NCBI RefSeq assembly: GCF_964213995.1
Contig: NC_135808.1
Coordinates: 91,946,001-92,010,000, forward strand
Direction: 5' to 3'
DNA length: 64,000 nucleotides
Source of the DNA: Mustelus asterias
Taxonomy: Eukaryota
Position numbers and translations under genes: made by a program. Positions 36,520-49,631 of this stretch are shown in pieces. Under the pieces are notes generated by a model that had not been told where the DNA came from, did no database searches, and saw only the letters and a list, made by a program, of their open reading frames with translations. Numbering within the stretch: the stretch's first letter is position 1; every line of letters starts with the position of its first letter.

Positions 36520-38562
36520 AGGGTCTAGTGGACTGAAGTGCATTTGTTTCAATGCGAGAAGTGTAACAGGTAAGGCAGATGAACTTAGAGCTTGGATTAG
36601 TACTAGGAATTACGATGTTATTACCATTATAGAGACTTCGTTAAGGGAAGGATAGGATTGGCAGCTTAACATTCCAGGATACAGATGTTTCAGGTGGGAT
36701 AGAGGGGAATGTAAAAGGGGTGGGGGAGTTGCACTACTGGTTAAGGAGAATATCACAGCTGTACTCCGGGAGGACACCTCGGAGGGCTCATACAGCGAGG
36801 CAATATGGGTAGAGCTCAGGAATAGGAAAGGTGTAGTCACAATGTTGAGGGTTTACTATAGGCCACCCAACTGCCAGCGGGAGATTGAGGAACAGATATG
36901 TAGGCAGATTTTGGCAAGGTGTAAAAGTAACAGGGTTGTTGTGGTGGGAGATTTTAATTTCCCCTATAATGACTGGTACTCACTTAGTGCTAGGGGCGTG
37001 GATGGGGCAGAGTTTGTAAGGAGTATCCAGGAGGGCTTCCTGAAACAGTATGTAGATAGTCCAACTAGGGAAGGGGCCATACTGGACCTGGTATTGGGGA
37101 ATGAGACCGGCCAGGTGGTCGATCTTTCAGTAGGGGAGCAGTTTGGGAACAGTGACCACAGTTCCGTAAACTTTAAGGGACTGATGGATAAAGATAAGTG
37201 TAGTCCTCAAGTTAAGTTGCTAAATTGGGGGAAGGCTAATTACAACAATATTAGGCAGGAACTGAAGAATATTGATTGGGGGCAGATGTTTGAGGGCAAA
37301 TCAACATCTGGCGTGTGGGAGGCTTTCAAGTGTAAGTTGCTAGGGATTCAGGACCGGCACATTCCTGTAAGGATGAAAGATAAGTATGGCAAGTTTTGGG
37401 AACCTTGGATAACAAGAGATATTGTGAGCTAGTCAAAGAGAAAAAGGAAGCATTTGTCAAAACTAGGAGGCTGGGAACACACGAAGCAAGTGTGGAATAT
37501 AAGGAAAGTAGAAAGAAACTTAAGCAAGGAGTAAGAAGGGCTAAAAGGGGTCATGAAAAAGCATTGGCCAGCAGGATTAAGGAAAATCCCAAGGCTTTTT
37601 ACACATATGTAAAGAGCAAGAGGGTAGCCAGGGTTGGCCCACTCAAGGACAAGGGAAGGAATCTATGCATGGAGCCAGAGGAAATGGGCGAGGTATTAAA
37701 TGAGTACTTTGCATCAGTATTCACCAAAGAGAAGGACTTGGTGGATGATGAGTCTGGGAAAGGATGTGTGGATAGTTTGAGTCATGTTGAGATCAAAAAG
37801 GAGGAGGTATTGGGGGTCTTGAGAAACATTAAGGTAGACAAGACCCCAGGGCCTGATGGGATATACCCCAGAATACTGAGAGAGGCAAGGGAGGAAATTG
37901 CTGAGGCCTTGAGAGAAATCTTTGTATCCTCACTGGCTACAGGGGAGGTCCCAGAGGGTTGGAGAATAGCCAATGTTGTTCCTTGTTTAAGAAGGGTAGC
38001 AAGAATAATCCAGGTAATTACAGGCCAGTGAGTCTTACATCAGTGGTAGGGAAATTATTGGAGAGGATTCTCCGAGACAGGATTTATTCCCACTTGGAAA
38101 TAAGTGGACGTATAAGTGAGAAGCAACATAGTTTTGTGAAGGGGAGGTCATGTCTCACGAACTTGATCGAGTTTTTCGAGGAAGTGATGAAGAAAATTGA
38201 TGAGGGTAGGGCAGTAGATGTTGTCTACATGCTCTTCAGTAAGGCCTTTGACAAGGTCCCTCATGGAAGACTGGTGCAGAAGATGAAGTCGCATGGGATC
38301 AGAGGTGAGCTAGCAAGGTGGATACAAAACTGGCTCAGTCAAAGATAACAGAGGGCAGCAGTGGGTGTGTTTCTGAATGGAGGGCTGTGACAAGTGGTGT
38401 TCCTCAGGGATCTGTGCTGGGACCTTTGCTGTTTGTAATATATATAAATGATTTGGAGGAAAATGTAACTGGATTGATTAGTAAGTTTGCGGACGACACA
38501 ATGGTTGGTGGATTTGCGGATAGTGATGAGGACCATCAGAGGATACAGCAGGATATAGATCA
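36520..38562 (+). pseudogene. CR1 ORF2p APE endonuclease + reverse transcriptase (frameshifted, truncated)
   Basis: FNARS, YRPP, GDFNFP, PTREGAILDLVL, SDH; [42 protein letters not shown]. Confidence 0.92.
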
Positions 38563-39472
38563 GAACAAAGAACAAAGAACAATACAGCACAGGAACAGGC
38601 CCTTCAGCCCTCCAAGCCTGCGCCGCTCATGTGCCCACTAGACCATTCTTTTGTATCCCTCTATTCCCAGTCTGTTCATGTCCGCCTCAATCACCTTGCT
38701 TGGCAGTGCATTCCAGGCCCCCACCACCCTCTGTGTAAAATACGTCCCCCTGACATCTGTGTTGAACCTTGCCCCCCTCACCTTGAACCCGTGACCCCTT
38801 GTATTTGTCACCTCCGACCTGGGAAAAAGCTTCCCACTGTTCACCCTATCTATGCCCTTCATAATTTTATACACCTCTATTAGGTTGCCCCTCATCCCCC
38901 ATCTTTCCAGGGAGAACAACTCCAGTTTACCCAATCTCTCCTCATAGCTAAGACCCTCCATACCAGGCAATATCCTGGTAAACCTTCTCTGTACTCTCTC
39001 TAAAGCCCCCACGTCCTTCTATCTGATATATATAAATGATTTGGACGAAGATGTAACTGGTGTGATCAGTAAGTTTGCGGACAACACGAAGATTGCTGGA
39101 GTTGCGGATAGTGATGAACATTGTCAGAAAATACAGCAGGATATAAATAGGCTGGAACTTTGGGCGGAGAAATGGCAGATGGAATTTAATCCAGATAAAT
39201 GCAAAGTGATGCATTTCGGTAGATCTAATGTAAGGGGGAGCTATACAATAAATGGCAGAACCATGAGGAGTATAAACACACAGAGGGACCTGGGTGTACA
39301 AGTCCACAGATCCTTAAAGGTGGCAGCACAGGTGGAGAGGGTGGTGAAGAAGGCATATGGCATGCTTGCCTTTATTGGACAGGGCATAAAATATAAAAGT
39401 TGGCATATGATGTTGCAGCTGTATAGAACGATGGTTAGGCCACATTTGAAATACTGCGTCCAGTTCTGGTTG
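38563..39472 (-). mobile_element. Second CR1 (same subfamily as 57589-59938) with 5' inversion
   Basis: 38563-39020 minus = 3' end with (ttgttct)n tail; 39024-39472 plus = the adjacent upstream RT segment. Confidence 0.85.
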
Positions 39473-41037
39473 TGACCAAATGTGGCCTGACTATTGTCCT
39501 GCAGATATTATCTTCATGACATGGGTTTGACTACAATTATTGTTGCATGGAGTAAGCCACTGCAAGAAACTTCCAATCTCCATTGTCTTTAATGAACCAA
39601 GAGAGAATTCTCAAGCTTGCAATATTTTCAGCTATCATCTTGAGAACTAGAAGTAAAAGCAATATTTTTGACTCCTTAAGTAATCTAGATGTATGGTACA
39701 TCTTTTGCAATCATTTTTTCTTTTGTGTGTGTCTTGAATGCATGAGTGAGTGGGTGCTATTGCAATTACATTTTGTGTTTTGAGAATAGGAACATTTTTT
39801 CTTTCTTTTAATTTAAACGCCTGTCTTGTATCTGTTATTAAAAGTCATATCATTTCTTCTTTCAAACATATCCTGTGGTGTTAATTGAGAGGTGGGAGAA
39901 AGGAGAATCATTCTACCACTTCTCTCTCCTCTCCATCACAAATGGAGCTGGGGGCTAGAGGATCACTAATTAGTATTTCTATCTAGTTACAAGGCCCTTG
40001 TTATTCATGTTGTCATGGATATGGGCTTTGAGAGAGTCCGTAGGAAGCCATTGTAGTATCCTCTTAAAAGTTTCTTAAGATATTCCTGAACCTCACAGAC
40101 ACTTCAGTCTGCAAGAAACTATGAGAGAGAAAAAGCAAGGTGAGCAGAGAGATAGAGGCAGCAGTCTCCATTAGTCACCATATCAATTGCTGACAGGAGT
40201 TCAGGGTTTGGATTGAAGAGATCAAGTTCGTGAGGCTGGAAGTTCCGCATAGCTTTGGCTAGAGGGTGGGATAACCCTTACCATGAAAGCTAGCCGGGGG
40301 ATTGTAAGTTACCCGACTTGAAAAGGAAAAAGGAAGCAAGCTATTGGAAGTTGAGAATAACTTTGGACTGATTTCTGGAGAATGAGGTGTCCATTCAAGT
40401 GACTTTTAATCAGTCACTGGAAGTTTGAATTTCTCTTTCAAAGTTATTGGTTTCTATGGGGATCATAACATAATACTATACAGAGGGGCATGTTATAGAG
40501 TATCTTCGCTTGATAATGCTATATGCGGACAATATATGCTATATAAATGCATGTTGTTTTCAAATACACTGCTGGGGATTTTATCACTGATTATTTTATG
40601 TTCATAGTTACTTAAAAAGTATTTGGATTGTCTAAAGTGCTTTCAGATGATACATGTTTACCAATTCTTGAGGTCCTTCTCACTTCAGGGAAACTTACAA
40701 ATGGTTACAGAATTGGACTATCTCTGGCACATGCATATACCTCACAATGTTTTCCTTCAGAGTGGAAACTCCATTCCCCTTGCAGTTTAAGTATGGGTAT
40801 TATAATATGATAAACAACCTTATGAAGAGAGTGATACAACCTAGTTTTTGTGCTTATAGATAACATGAATAGATCAGTTTGAACTTTATTATTGCAGTTG
40901 ATACTATCTGAACCTCTGGAGGAGGTTACAGGTCTGTAGTTCAGTCCCATGGACCATCATTTTGAGCTCATAGGTCATGAGATGAAACAGTGTGTTACAG
41001 CAAATGTAATACTCAAATGTTAACTGATTTATTCTAG

Positions 41038-41124
41038 ATCTCTAGCAGCCTGCTGCAGTTTTGGTGATGCGAGCATCGGGGTTGTTTCGTTGGAATGTGT
41101 TAGTGACTTTCCAAAACTTTTCAG
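41038..41124 (+). CDS. Weak candidate exon (87 nt, phase 2-2)
   Basis: taactgatttattctAG|...TTTTCAG|GTAAAG; open frame SLAACCSFGDASIGVVSLECVSDFPKLF. Confidence 0.2.
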
Positions 41125-42189
41125 GTAAAGTGCTTGTGTGCATTTTTCTGTGTGTGTATTTGTATGGGAGGCAAGTGTTGCTTTCACTACTCAAAAGGGC
41201 CCTTGAAAAACACACAAGAAAAAGGAAAATTGGAGACAAATGCATAGTTAGCAGAAGTCTCGAGCTATCCAATGCACCAGTATTTTCAAATCATCATGAC
41301 TTAATTTTAAAAAAAAAGGATTTTGTGATAATGAAGATGTTAATGTTAAAGAATAGAGAGCGATTTCATCCCCAGCATCAGCATTAGGTGTTTTCAAATC
41401 AAATGAACTAAAGGCTGGATGCAGAGTTAAATGCTTGTCTCTCACAGTACTTCAAAAATATGAGTGGCTCTATCTTTAGAATGTACCATGCATGTATCAG
41501 TTTGACATTTCGGTCTCATGTTTTTTCACCCCAGCTTCAACGTTAATGAAGTCGGATCAATTTTAATTTGGGATGGAAATCGGGCAAAGAAGGCAGGGAG
41601 GCCCTAATGCACTGTTGTTTAAGGCCTAGCATTGTAACAGTTGGGCTGCTGTCCTGATTGGCTGTAGAATCAGGCAATTCTCTCCAAACAATTTTTGGCA
41701 TGTTTCCCGACTATATTTAAAACAGGTTGCACTTCTTAAAGTGAGATTTCATCTTTGGCGGAATGAAATTTCATATTTATTGAAAGAATACTGGAAAAGG
41801 TTATGATATCAAAAACAAGTCAAAGGGCTGCCCCCATACCACCCACCTTCCAACATTTCTCCAATATCTCCCTTGATGCCATATTGGAAGAAGTTATAAC
41901 CAGGTGAGAGCATCCCTAGAACCACCATCAAGCAGGCTTGGGCAGGGAAGACTGCTAAAGTCAATGCCAACCTGCATTCCTTCACTCAAATCAGCATGGA
42001 TGCAGCAAATATAGAAAGTTCTATCCTCAAAACTGCCATCCGATCATGTCAAACTTAATCTCATCCTGTTTCTGTGCTGTACACCTCCATGACTGTAAGT
42101 CTTCTCTTTTTTCCCTTTATCTTTCAACATCGAGATTCTTCCAGAGAATATTGGGGTAAATGAATTATTGAGTGGTACTTACATGTATA

Positions 42190-42578
42190 AAAACATAGGA
42201 GTAGACCATTTAGCCTGTTGAGCCTGCTCCACAATTTAATACGATTATAACTGATCAGACACTTCAATGCCTTTTACACACATTATCCCCATTAATGTTT
42301 ATGTTATCATTAATCAGAAATCTATCAATCCCTACCTTAAACTTACTCCTTGACAGATCTTCCACAGTCTTCTAGGGTAGAGAATTCCAAAGATTCACAA
42401 CGCTCTTATTTAGAAATTGTGATCCCTGGTTCTCGATTACCCAACCAAGAGAAACATCTTACCTGCATTTACCCTGTCTATTCCTTTAAGTATTTTGTTG
42501 GTTTCGATGAGATCACCTTTCATTCTTTGAAATTCTAGAGAATACAGGCTCAGTTTGCCCAATCACTCTTTATAGGAC
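42190..42578 (-). mobile_element. Degraded CR1 3' end
   Basis: aggagtagaccatttagcctgttgagcctgctcc...agagaattccaaagattcacaac. Confidence 0.7.
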
Positions 42579-42884
42579 TTGAAAAAATTACTTGGGAAAA
42601 TTAGAGTATTCAAAGTAGGCCGGTCTTATGTTTAATTGAGGAAGATTCTTAGTTGTAATGGTCTCCAAGTTTTCTTCTGGGGAGAAGTCCACCCGAGCAC
42701 CCGGTCCTGAACAGTAACCCATGAATACATTATCACTCAGATTTTATTTCCATGTCCCCATGTAGTTGAATTGCTTCCAACATTGGATTTTACTTCACTC
42801 TCCAGCCCTAAATAGATAGCAGCTGAAACAACAGGCAGATGGGATAATGACTCTTACTCACCAGGATATCAGTCTGGTAGAATT

Positions 42885-43210
42885 CTCCCTTCTGAGTCAG
42901 AAGATTGTGGGTTCAAGTCCCATGTACTCCTGAGATTTGAGCACGTAATCTAGGCTGATACTCCAGTGCAGAACTGAGGGAGTGCTTGTGCTGTCAGAGG
43001 TGTTATTCCCAATGAGACAATAATCATAAATTCTGTTTTCTTTTAGCTGGATTTAAAAGGTCCCATGAAACTATCAGCAAGGTTGTCATCTCAGTGTTCT
43101 GGGCAACATTTATTCCTTATCCAATATCTAACATAAAATTAGGTGGTCATTTATTTCATTGCTTTTTGCTATGCACAAGTTGGCTGCCTCATTTCCTACA
43201 TTATAACAGG
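42885..43210 (+). mobile_element. SacSINE1-like DeuSINE (Deu domain), degraded
   Basis: ctgagtcagaagattgtgggttcaagtccc head; aaaaggtcccatg...ggcaacatttattcct...ggtcatt...ttggctgcctcatttcctacattataacag. Confidence 0.6.
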
Positions 43211-44455
43211 GGCCACATTGCAAATTGCAAAATGCAATTTGCTTCTTTTGCTTTCTTACAGCTCTCTTTGCACCTCGGCATTGAATTTCTTCATCCCTGC
43301 TCCTGCTCAGATGTGGAGATGTAGATGCTCAGATGGCCAGTGGATGCTCCTTTGCACACCCACTCCATATAAATTACCCATGTTGCCCTATTTCCTTGCC
43401 ATTTGCCTGTGCCACCATTGCCCTGCAGGGACCAGCAGCTGTGATGACAATTCCAGAGGGAGCAGTGGAAGGATTCCTAATGGCATTTTCGGGGGAACGT
43501 GGACACCATAGTGGGAACCTCCCATTTCAATTTGATCATGGACTTGTTAGCCTGATCCTTATAATCTATGCCACCATTACCTGTACCTCTGCACCCTCTT
43601 CTAGCTCCACTGGAATGTCTATAGTTAGTGGTGATGGTCTCTTGCTAGTTGATTTCAGCTTACATGCATAATGATCCCCTTCCCAGGAATATGGGCAGGG
43701 GTCATGACAGGCCTGTGATATATGTCTCAGTCTTACTGAAGCATGACGAGGTAAATCTGAACCTTACTGTCAAGGGTCACATCTGGCGTATAGGTGCTGC
43801 CAAGTGGGTGGCATCTGTGGAACATAAGCTTGAGACAGTGTCTGCAGAAGAATTGCAGAGGAAAATGGGAAACTTAAAAAAATGTAGTTGAAATGCTTGT
43901 GTTTGGCACAGCATATTGTAAAGATCAGTGTGATCTGGATTGAATTACTCATGTGGAAATGTTTAAGTTTCAGCCATGCTAATCTATTCAATATTTATTG
44001 AATTTTCCATTCTTGTCTAATACAGAAATCTGCACTTAATCCATCACCAGCAAATCTTTATCTCCACTGATGTGCATTCCGCTGTTTACCAAGGCTGTAC
44101 ACTTATCTTTTCTTAGGCTTCTTGTCGCCTCTTAATGTTCCCCTTCTTCTTCCCCCATTTCTACTCCCCCTTCCTGAGAAAACAATTCTACAGCCCCTGG
44201 TGATCCATGCCCTATAACACTTTTGGATGAGCAAAACAGTGAATTTCCTTGCCTTCCTTCAACATTTAAACATTTGCTCGTTCCAGCAGAAGTCATTAGA
44301 TAACGAATGCAAACCAGGGCTGAAGTCTTCCTTCCTCTATCTTGGGCCATTGCTGTGAATTGTGGCACAGTGAATCAGTGTTCCAGCCGAGGTGGGCTAA
44401 CTGAGTTTGAAGTCCTGGGCTACAGGGCTCAGTGCTACTCTGAGCAGCATACATA

Positions 44456-44761
44456 CAGGTTGAGTATCCTTTATCCAAAATCCATGGGGCAATTGCATTT
44501 TGACATACAGATATTTTCCAGTTTTCAGATGTGATATAGCTACTGTATATGTGGGATTTTGGCCTACTTACATTACACTAGCCTAAGCGTAGGCTAGAGC
44601 CTGGGAATGTAAGCAGTGCAGACAATCAACGAATCATTTTGTGTTGGTTCAAGTCACAGATATCCTGCACAAAAGGTTGGTGAGGTTTGTGTTGATTCGC
44701 ATCAGGGTTCTTTGAAAAAAAAGTTTGGTTTTTGGATGTACAGATGAAGGAGATTCAACTG
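44456..44761. mobile_element. TcMar-Tigger-like MITE
   Basis: TA|caggttgagtatcctttatcc...ggagattcaactg|TA: imperfect TIRs with TA flanks. Confidence 0.6.
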
Positions 44762-45354
44762 TACTACTGAGTCAAGGAGGTCGCCAATTGTTTCCAAATC
44801 ACTATTTTACAGATCTTAGCAAAATGCCTAAAATGTTTTTCCAATTGATACAAAACTGTGCAGGAGGACAGACTCTTTGGTGCATTCCACCAGAGGCCAA
44901 GAGCTACATTCATGTTTGCCTGTCTTTGCCAACTCACCTGATACTTAAGTTTCTCTCAAGTCATGAACCGTGGCCATGTCACCAGGCCCTACAGATCCGG
45001 AGCAAATCAAAGGCTCTTTCCAATAGCTGACTGTTATTATGTCCCTCATGAAAGAGGAGAAGGAGGGTGGAAATCAGAAAAGATATGACCTTGGGTTGCA
45101 TTTTGGCCTTGTATGCCACAAGGATTTAAAAGGGTGAAAATACAATAAAAAACAATCAGCAACAAAGTTGACCAAAATGCTGTGAAATGGAGAAATTTTA
45201 AAACAGCCCCTTTGTAACACAATATTCAGCAAAGAAACAAAAGGTCCTTGGAATAAATATAAACATATCCAGTTTCATTCTTGTGACAAACACACGCATC
45301 TCTGCCAAATTGTGAATAAGTTCATGTGATCTTCATACTTTTTACAATGCTGTA

Positions 45355-45576
45355 ACACAATCTTGCATTTATATAGCACCTGTAAAATAGTAAAGTATTC
45401 CAAAATGATTCACAGGAGAGTAACCAGACAAAAGTTGGCACATAACCAAAGATGGAGACATTATAGGACAGGTGAGCAAAAGCTTGGTGAAAGAGGTAAG
45501 TTTTCAGGTGGATCTTAAAGGCGGAGAAGGAGAGTTTTGGGAGTAATTCTAGAGCTTTTGACATAGATGGCTGCCA
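45355..45576 (-). mobile_element. Old L2-like 3' end
   Basis: ttgcatttatatagcacct...aaaagcttggtgaaagaggtaagttt; minus frame FKIHLKTYLFHQAF. Confidence 0.6.
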
Positions 45577-45630
45577 AAAAGGGCTGGTTGTGTGATCAGA
45601 TGCTTTCAGGTAGAAGTGCTGCTTGCAGCT

Positions 45631-46822
45631 AGAAACATAGAAACTCGAAGCAGGAGTAGGCCATTCGAGCCTGTTCCTCCATTCATCGCTGTACTCCCTC
45701 TATAGCAACGACATCTTTCCTCAGATAAGGACACCAAAACTGCACACAATACTCCAGGTTTGGCCTCACCAATGCCCTATAAAATTGCAGCAAAACATCC
45801 CTATCCCTATACTCAAATCTCTCGCAATGAAGGCCAACATACCAATTGCCTCCTTTACTGCCTGCTGTACCTACCCACTTACTTTCAGCGACTGATGCAC
45901 AAGGACACCAAGGTCTCACTGAGTATCCACCTCTCTCAATTTACACCCATTCAAATAATAATCTATCTTCCTATTATTGCTACCAAAGTGGATAACCTCA
46001 CATTTATCCACATTATACTGCATCTGCCATGCATATGCCCACACACTCAGCCTGTCCAAATCACACTGAAGCATCCCTGCATCCTCCTCACAGCTCACCC
46101 TCCCACCCAACTGCAAATTTGAAAATAATACATTCAGTTCCCTCTCCCAAATCATTAATATATAATGTGAACAGTTGGGGTTCTAGCACGGATCCCTGCG
46201 GAACCCCACTAGTCACTGACTGCCAATCAGAAAAGACCCATTTATGCCAACTCTTTGTTTCCTATCTGTTAACCAGCTTTCTATCCATCTCAAGACATTA
46301 CCTGCAATCCCATGTGCTTTAACTTTACCTAGTAGTCTGTTATGTGAGACCTTGTCAAAAGCTTTCTGAAAGTCTAAATAAACCATATCCACTGATTCAA
46401 CTCTACTAGTTACATCCTCAAAGAATGCCAATAAATTCGTCAAGCATGATTTCCCTTTTGTAAATCCATGCTGACTTTGTCTGATTATACCATTGCATTT
46501 CAAATGCTGAGTTATGAAATCCTTGATAATGGCCTCTAGCAACTTCCCCAGTACCGATGTTAGCCTCACTGGTCTATAGTTCCTTGTTTTCTCTCTACCT
46601 CCATTTTTGAATAGAGGGTTTACTTTAGCTTGCTTCCAATCTGTAAGAACCAGTCTCGAGTCCAAAGAATTTTGGAAATAACCACCAATTGTTCTATTAT
46701 TTCCAGTGCCATTCCCTTAAGTACTCTGGGATGAGGTCCTGGAGATTTAGCCACCTTCAATCCCATCAATTTCCCCAAAACCATTTCTCTACTAATGCTG
46801 ATTTCCTTCAGCTCCTCACTAA
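45631..46822 (-). mobile_element. CR1 RT region with internal deletion near the 3' end
   Basis: NYRPVRLTS, YLDFQKAFDKVSH, WQMQYNVDKC, LEYCVQFW. Confidence 0.92.
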
Positions 46823-47699
46823 AACTTGCTTCTCTCGGAACACAGTGCACAGGTCTGTGATTCCCCTCTGTGCATTCCTTGTAAGTACTCCTGCTCTATC
46901 AGAGAATCTGATCATGGGACCAGCCCAAATATCTCATGGGCTTTAAAGATTTTCCTTGAGAATAAATGGTTGGAAATTTGCATGGAGCTGTTCATGCTTT
47001 AGGTTGTAATGTTTCAGTTAGTGTGGCAGAAAGGACAGCAATTTTATGGCCATTGCAAGGGAGAAAATCACCAATGTAAAGGATGTTTTTATCCAATTTT
47101 CTTGAGGGTAAAGTGAAGGACCAGTTTTAAAACAGGCTGCTGACTGGCTATTGCCTGTTTTAAGCTACCACCCGTTTGAATTTAACCCCGTTGACTCTTG
47201 GCCGCTAACTGTCATCTTGTAGCTCAATCAAATGGCCCTTCTTCATGTCTGAGCTGAAACAGTGAATGCAAACGAGCTATTCCAACACTGGGCCATACCC
47301 CAGCTGAGTCACCTGAGGTCCCTGTGTACCATTTCCAGCAGAACCTTTTTGGTTGTGGTCAGAGTTAGAATCTGTTGTTTTTTCAGTAGGTAGCAAGTAG
47401 CTTTTTTTGACCAAGCAACTTTTATGGATCCACTGGAATTTTGAAAGCCTAATCCAATAAAAATTACAAGGGAAAAGCCATGTCGAAAAGTTCAGAAAAC
47501 TAAACTCTTCTTGCAGCCTGCTGCCGATTTCTGGAGATCAAATTGGTACCTCAAGGAACTACCCCATATGGTTTACAGGAGTGTGACAGGGATTATGGCA
47601 TTGTGGTCCAAATCCATGAAATTATCCCATTTCAAAGGACAATTAACGTGTTATGATGTATATATTGACTTTCAGGTAGATACAAAGAACTTCAATGGA

Positions 47700-49025
47700 A
47701 AGTTGAATATAATCAAACCTAGTCAGCATGGTTTTATGAAAGGTAAGTCATGCTTGACAATTTTGCTCATATTCTTTAAGGATGTAACAGGGAGAATAGA
47801 TAGAGGGAAACCTGTAGATTTATGTATTTAGATTTCCAAAAGGCATTTGACAAGGTGCCACCTAAGAGAGTGGTGCATAAAGTAAAAGCCCATGGAATTA
47901 GAGGAAGTATGTTAGCATGGATTGAAAATTGCCTGTCACATAGAAAACAGAGTTGAAATAAATGGGTCCTTTTCAGAATGGAAAGGTGTAACTAATGGAG
48001 TACCACAGGGATCAGTTCTTGGCCCGCAAATGTTCACTATTTACATAAATGACCTGGAGGAAGGAACAGAATGTAATGTTTCCAAATTTGCCTATGATAC
48101 GAAGATAGGTGGAAGGTCAGGTTATGATCAGGATATTGTGATTCTCGAATATATAGATAGATTGGGTGATGAGGTGAAAACCTGGCAAATGGAGTTTAAT
48201 GTAGGGAAGCGTGAGGTATGCGCTTTGACAGGAGGAATCAAAAGGCAGATTATTATCTAAGTGGAGAGAAAACTGAGGTGTGTAGAAATTTCTTCTTGCA
48301 GGTGAGTGAAGTACAGAGGGATCTATGTGTTCTAGTGCATGAATCACAGAAAGCTAGCAAGCAGGTCCAACAAGTAGTTAAGAAGGCAAATGGCATTTTG
48401 GCCTTTATTGCAAAGGGATTAGAGTTTAAAAATAGGGAAGTTTTGTTGCAATTATACAAGGTGTTGGTGAGGCCTCACCTGGAATACTGTTTACAGTTTT
48501 GGTCCCCTTACCTTAGAAAGTCTAGGGTAACATTGGAGGCAGTCCAAAGGAGATCAACCAGATTTATTCCTGGGATGAGAGGGTTGTCCTATCAAGAGAG
48601 GCTAAATAGTCTGGGTCTGTATTCCTTGGAATTAAGAGTGAAGGGGTGACCTTATTCAAACATATAAGATCCTGGGGGTGCTTGACAGGGTAGGTGGTGA
48701 GATACTTTCACTAGTGGGAGAGTCTTGAACAAAGACACTTAGCCATAAGATAAAGGGCCACTCATTTAAAACTGAGGTGTGTAGAAATTTCTTCTTGCAG
48801 AGGGTGGTGAATCTCTGGCATTCTCTACCCCAAAGGGTGGTGGAAGCTGGATCATTAGAGGTATTTAAAGTGGAGGTGGATAAATATTTGATAGCTCGAG
48901 GAATAGGGGGCTATGGGGAAATGGCACAGAAAAGGAGTTGAGGCCGGTATAGATCAGGCATGATCGTATTAAATGGTGGTCAGCCTTGAAGGGCCTGGTA
49001 GCCTGTTGCTGTTTCTATTTCTTGT
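47700..49025 (+). mobile_element. CR1 RT region to 3' end, degraded
   Basis: [40 protein letters not shown]. Confidence 0.92.
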
Positions 49026-49290
49026 GTGTGTTCAATTTACTACACAAATTTAATCTTGCGTATCAGAGCCAATGCAAAAACAACCCGCCATTCCAGAAAT
49101 TGTGGCAAAAATAAATTATATTTTGTTCAAGCATTTTGCATGTTCAAGATTATCTGGCCTAATTTAAATGTTTTTCCAACAATGTCTTTGTTTTGTTGCA
49201 TTTGAATTTGTCACTCCAGCTAAGGAGGATAGTGCTTTAAGAATATCTGCTCCAAACAGTTAAGGACAGGATCAGGCTCAGCTATAATGA

Positions 49291-49631
49291 AGGTTACCAA
49301 CTCTGGTTGTACAGATCCTGGAATTGGCCATCCACCTTCAGCAACCCTACATTCCTTCCATTGTCACTTAACCTGTTCATACTCGCAGCATGTGAATGGA
49401 TTCTATTACGTGATTGGATAATTATTGGCAGTTGGTCAAACAGTCTTTTTTCCATGGCGAGTATTTTAAGAACTAAGAAACAAAGGTGTTCAGAGAAACT
49501 TAAAGACACCAGTAAGCATTACTTCTTTCATCCTCTATGATTTTTCTCCTGGGTTGCCCATAGCCATGACCTAGAGATTAATCTGTAATTCCTGGAGACT
49601 CTTGGGCAATCCTGGAGGGGTTGGCAACCCT
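49291..49631. mobile_element. Old non-autonomous DNA transposon, same family as 11925-12282
   Basis: aggttaccaact...cctggagactcttgggcaatcctggaggggttggcaaccct. Confidence 0.5.

Larger units (their letters stand above)
35357..38562 (+). mobile_element. Long CR1/HER1-type LINE with 5'UTR, ORF1 and most of ORF2; 3' end missing
   Basis: Colinear ORF1 (zinc finger + esterase), APE and RT domains with several frameshifts. Confidence 0.95.

Noticed and set aside
38437-39150. Apparent ~125-bp direct duplication of RT sequence
   Set aside because: The copies are too divergent and are explained by two different CR1 subfamilies.
44089-44173. Minus-strand AG...GT segment
   Set aside because: Stop codons in all three frames.
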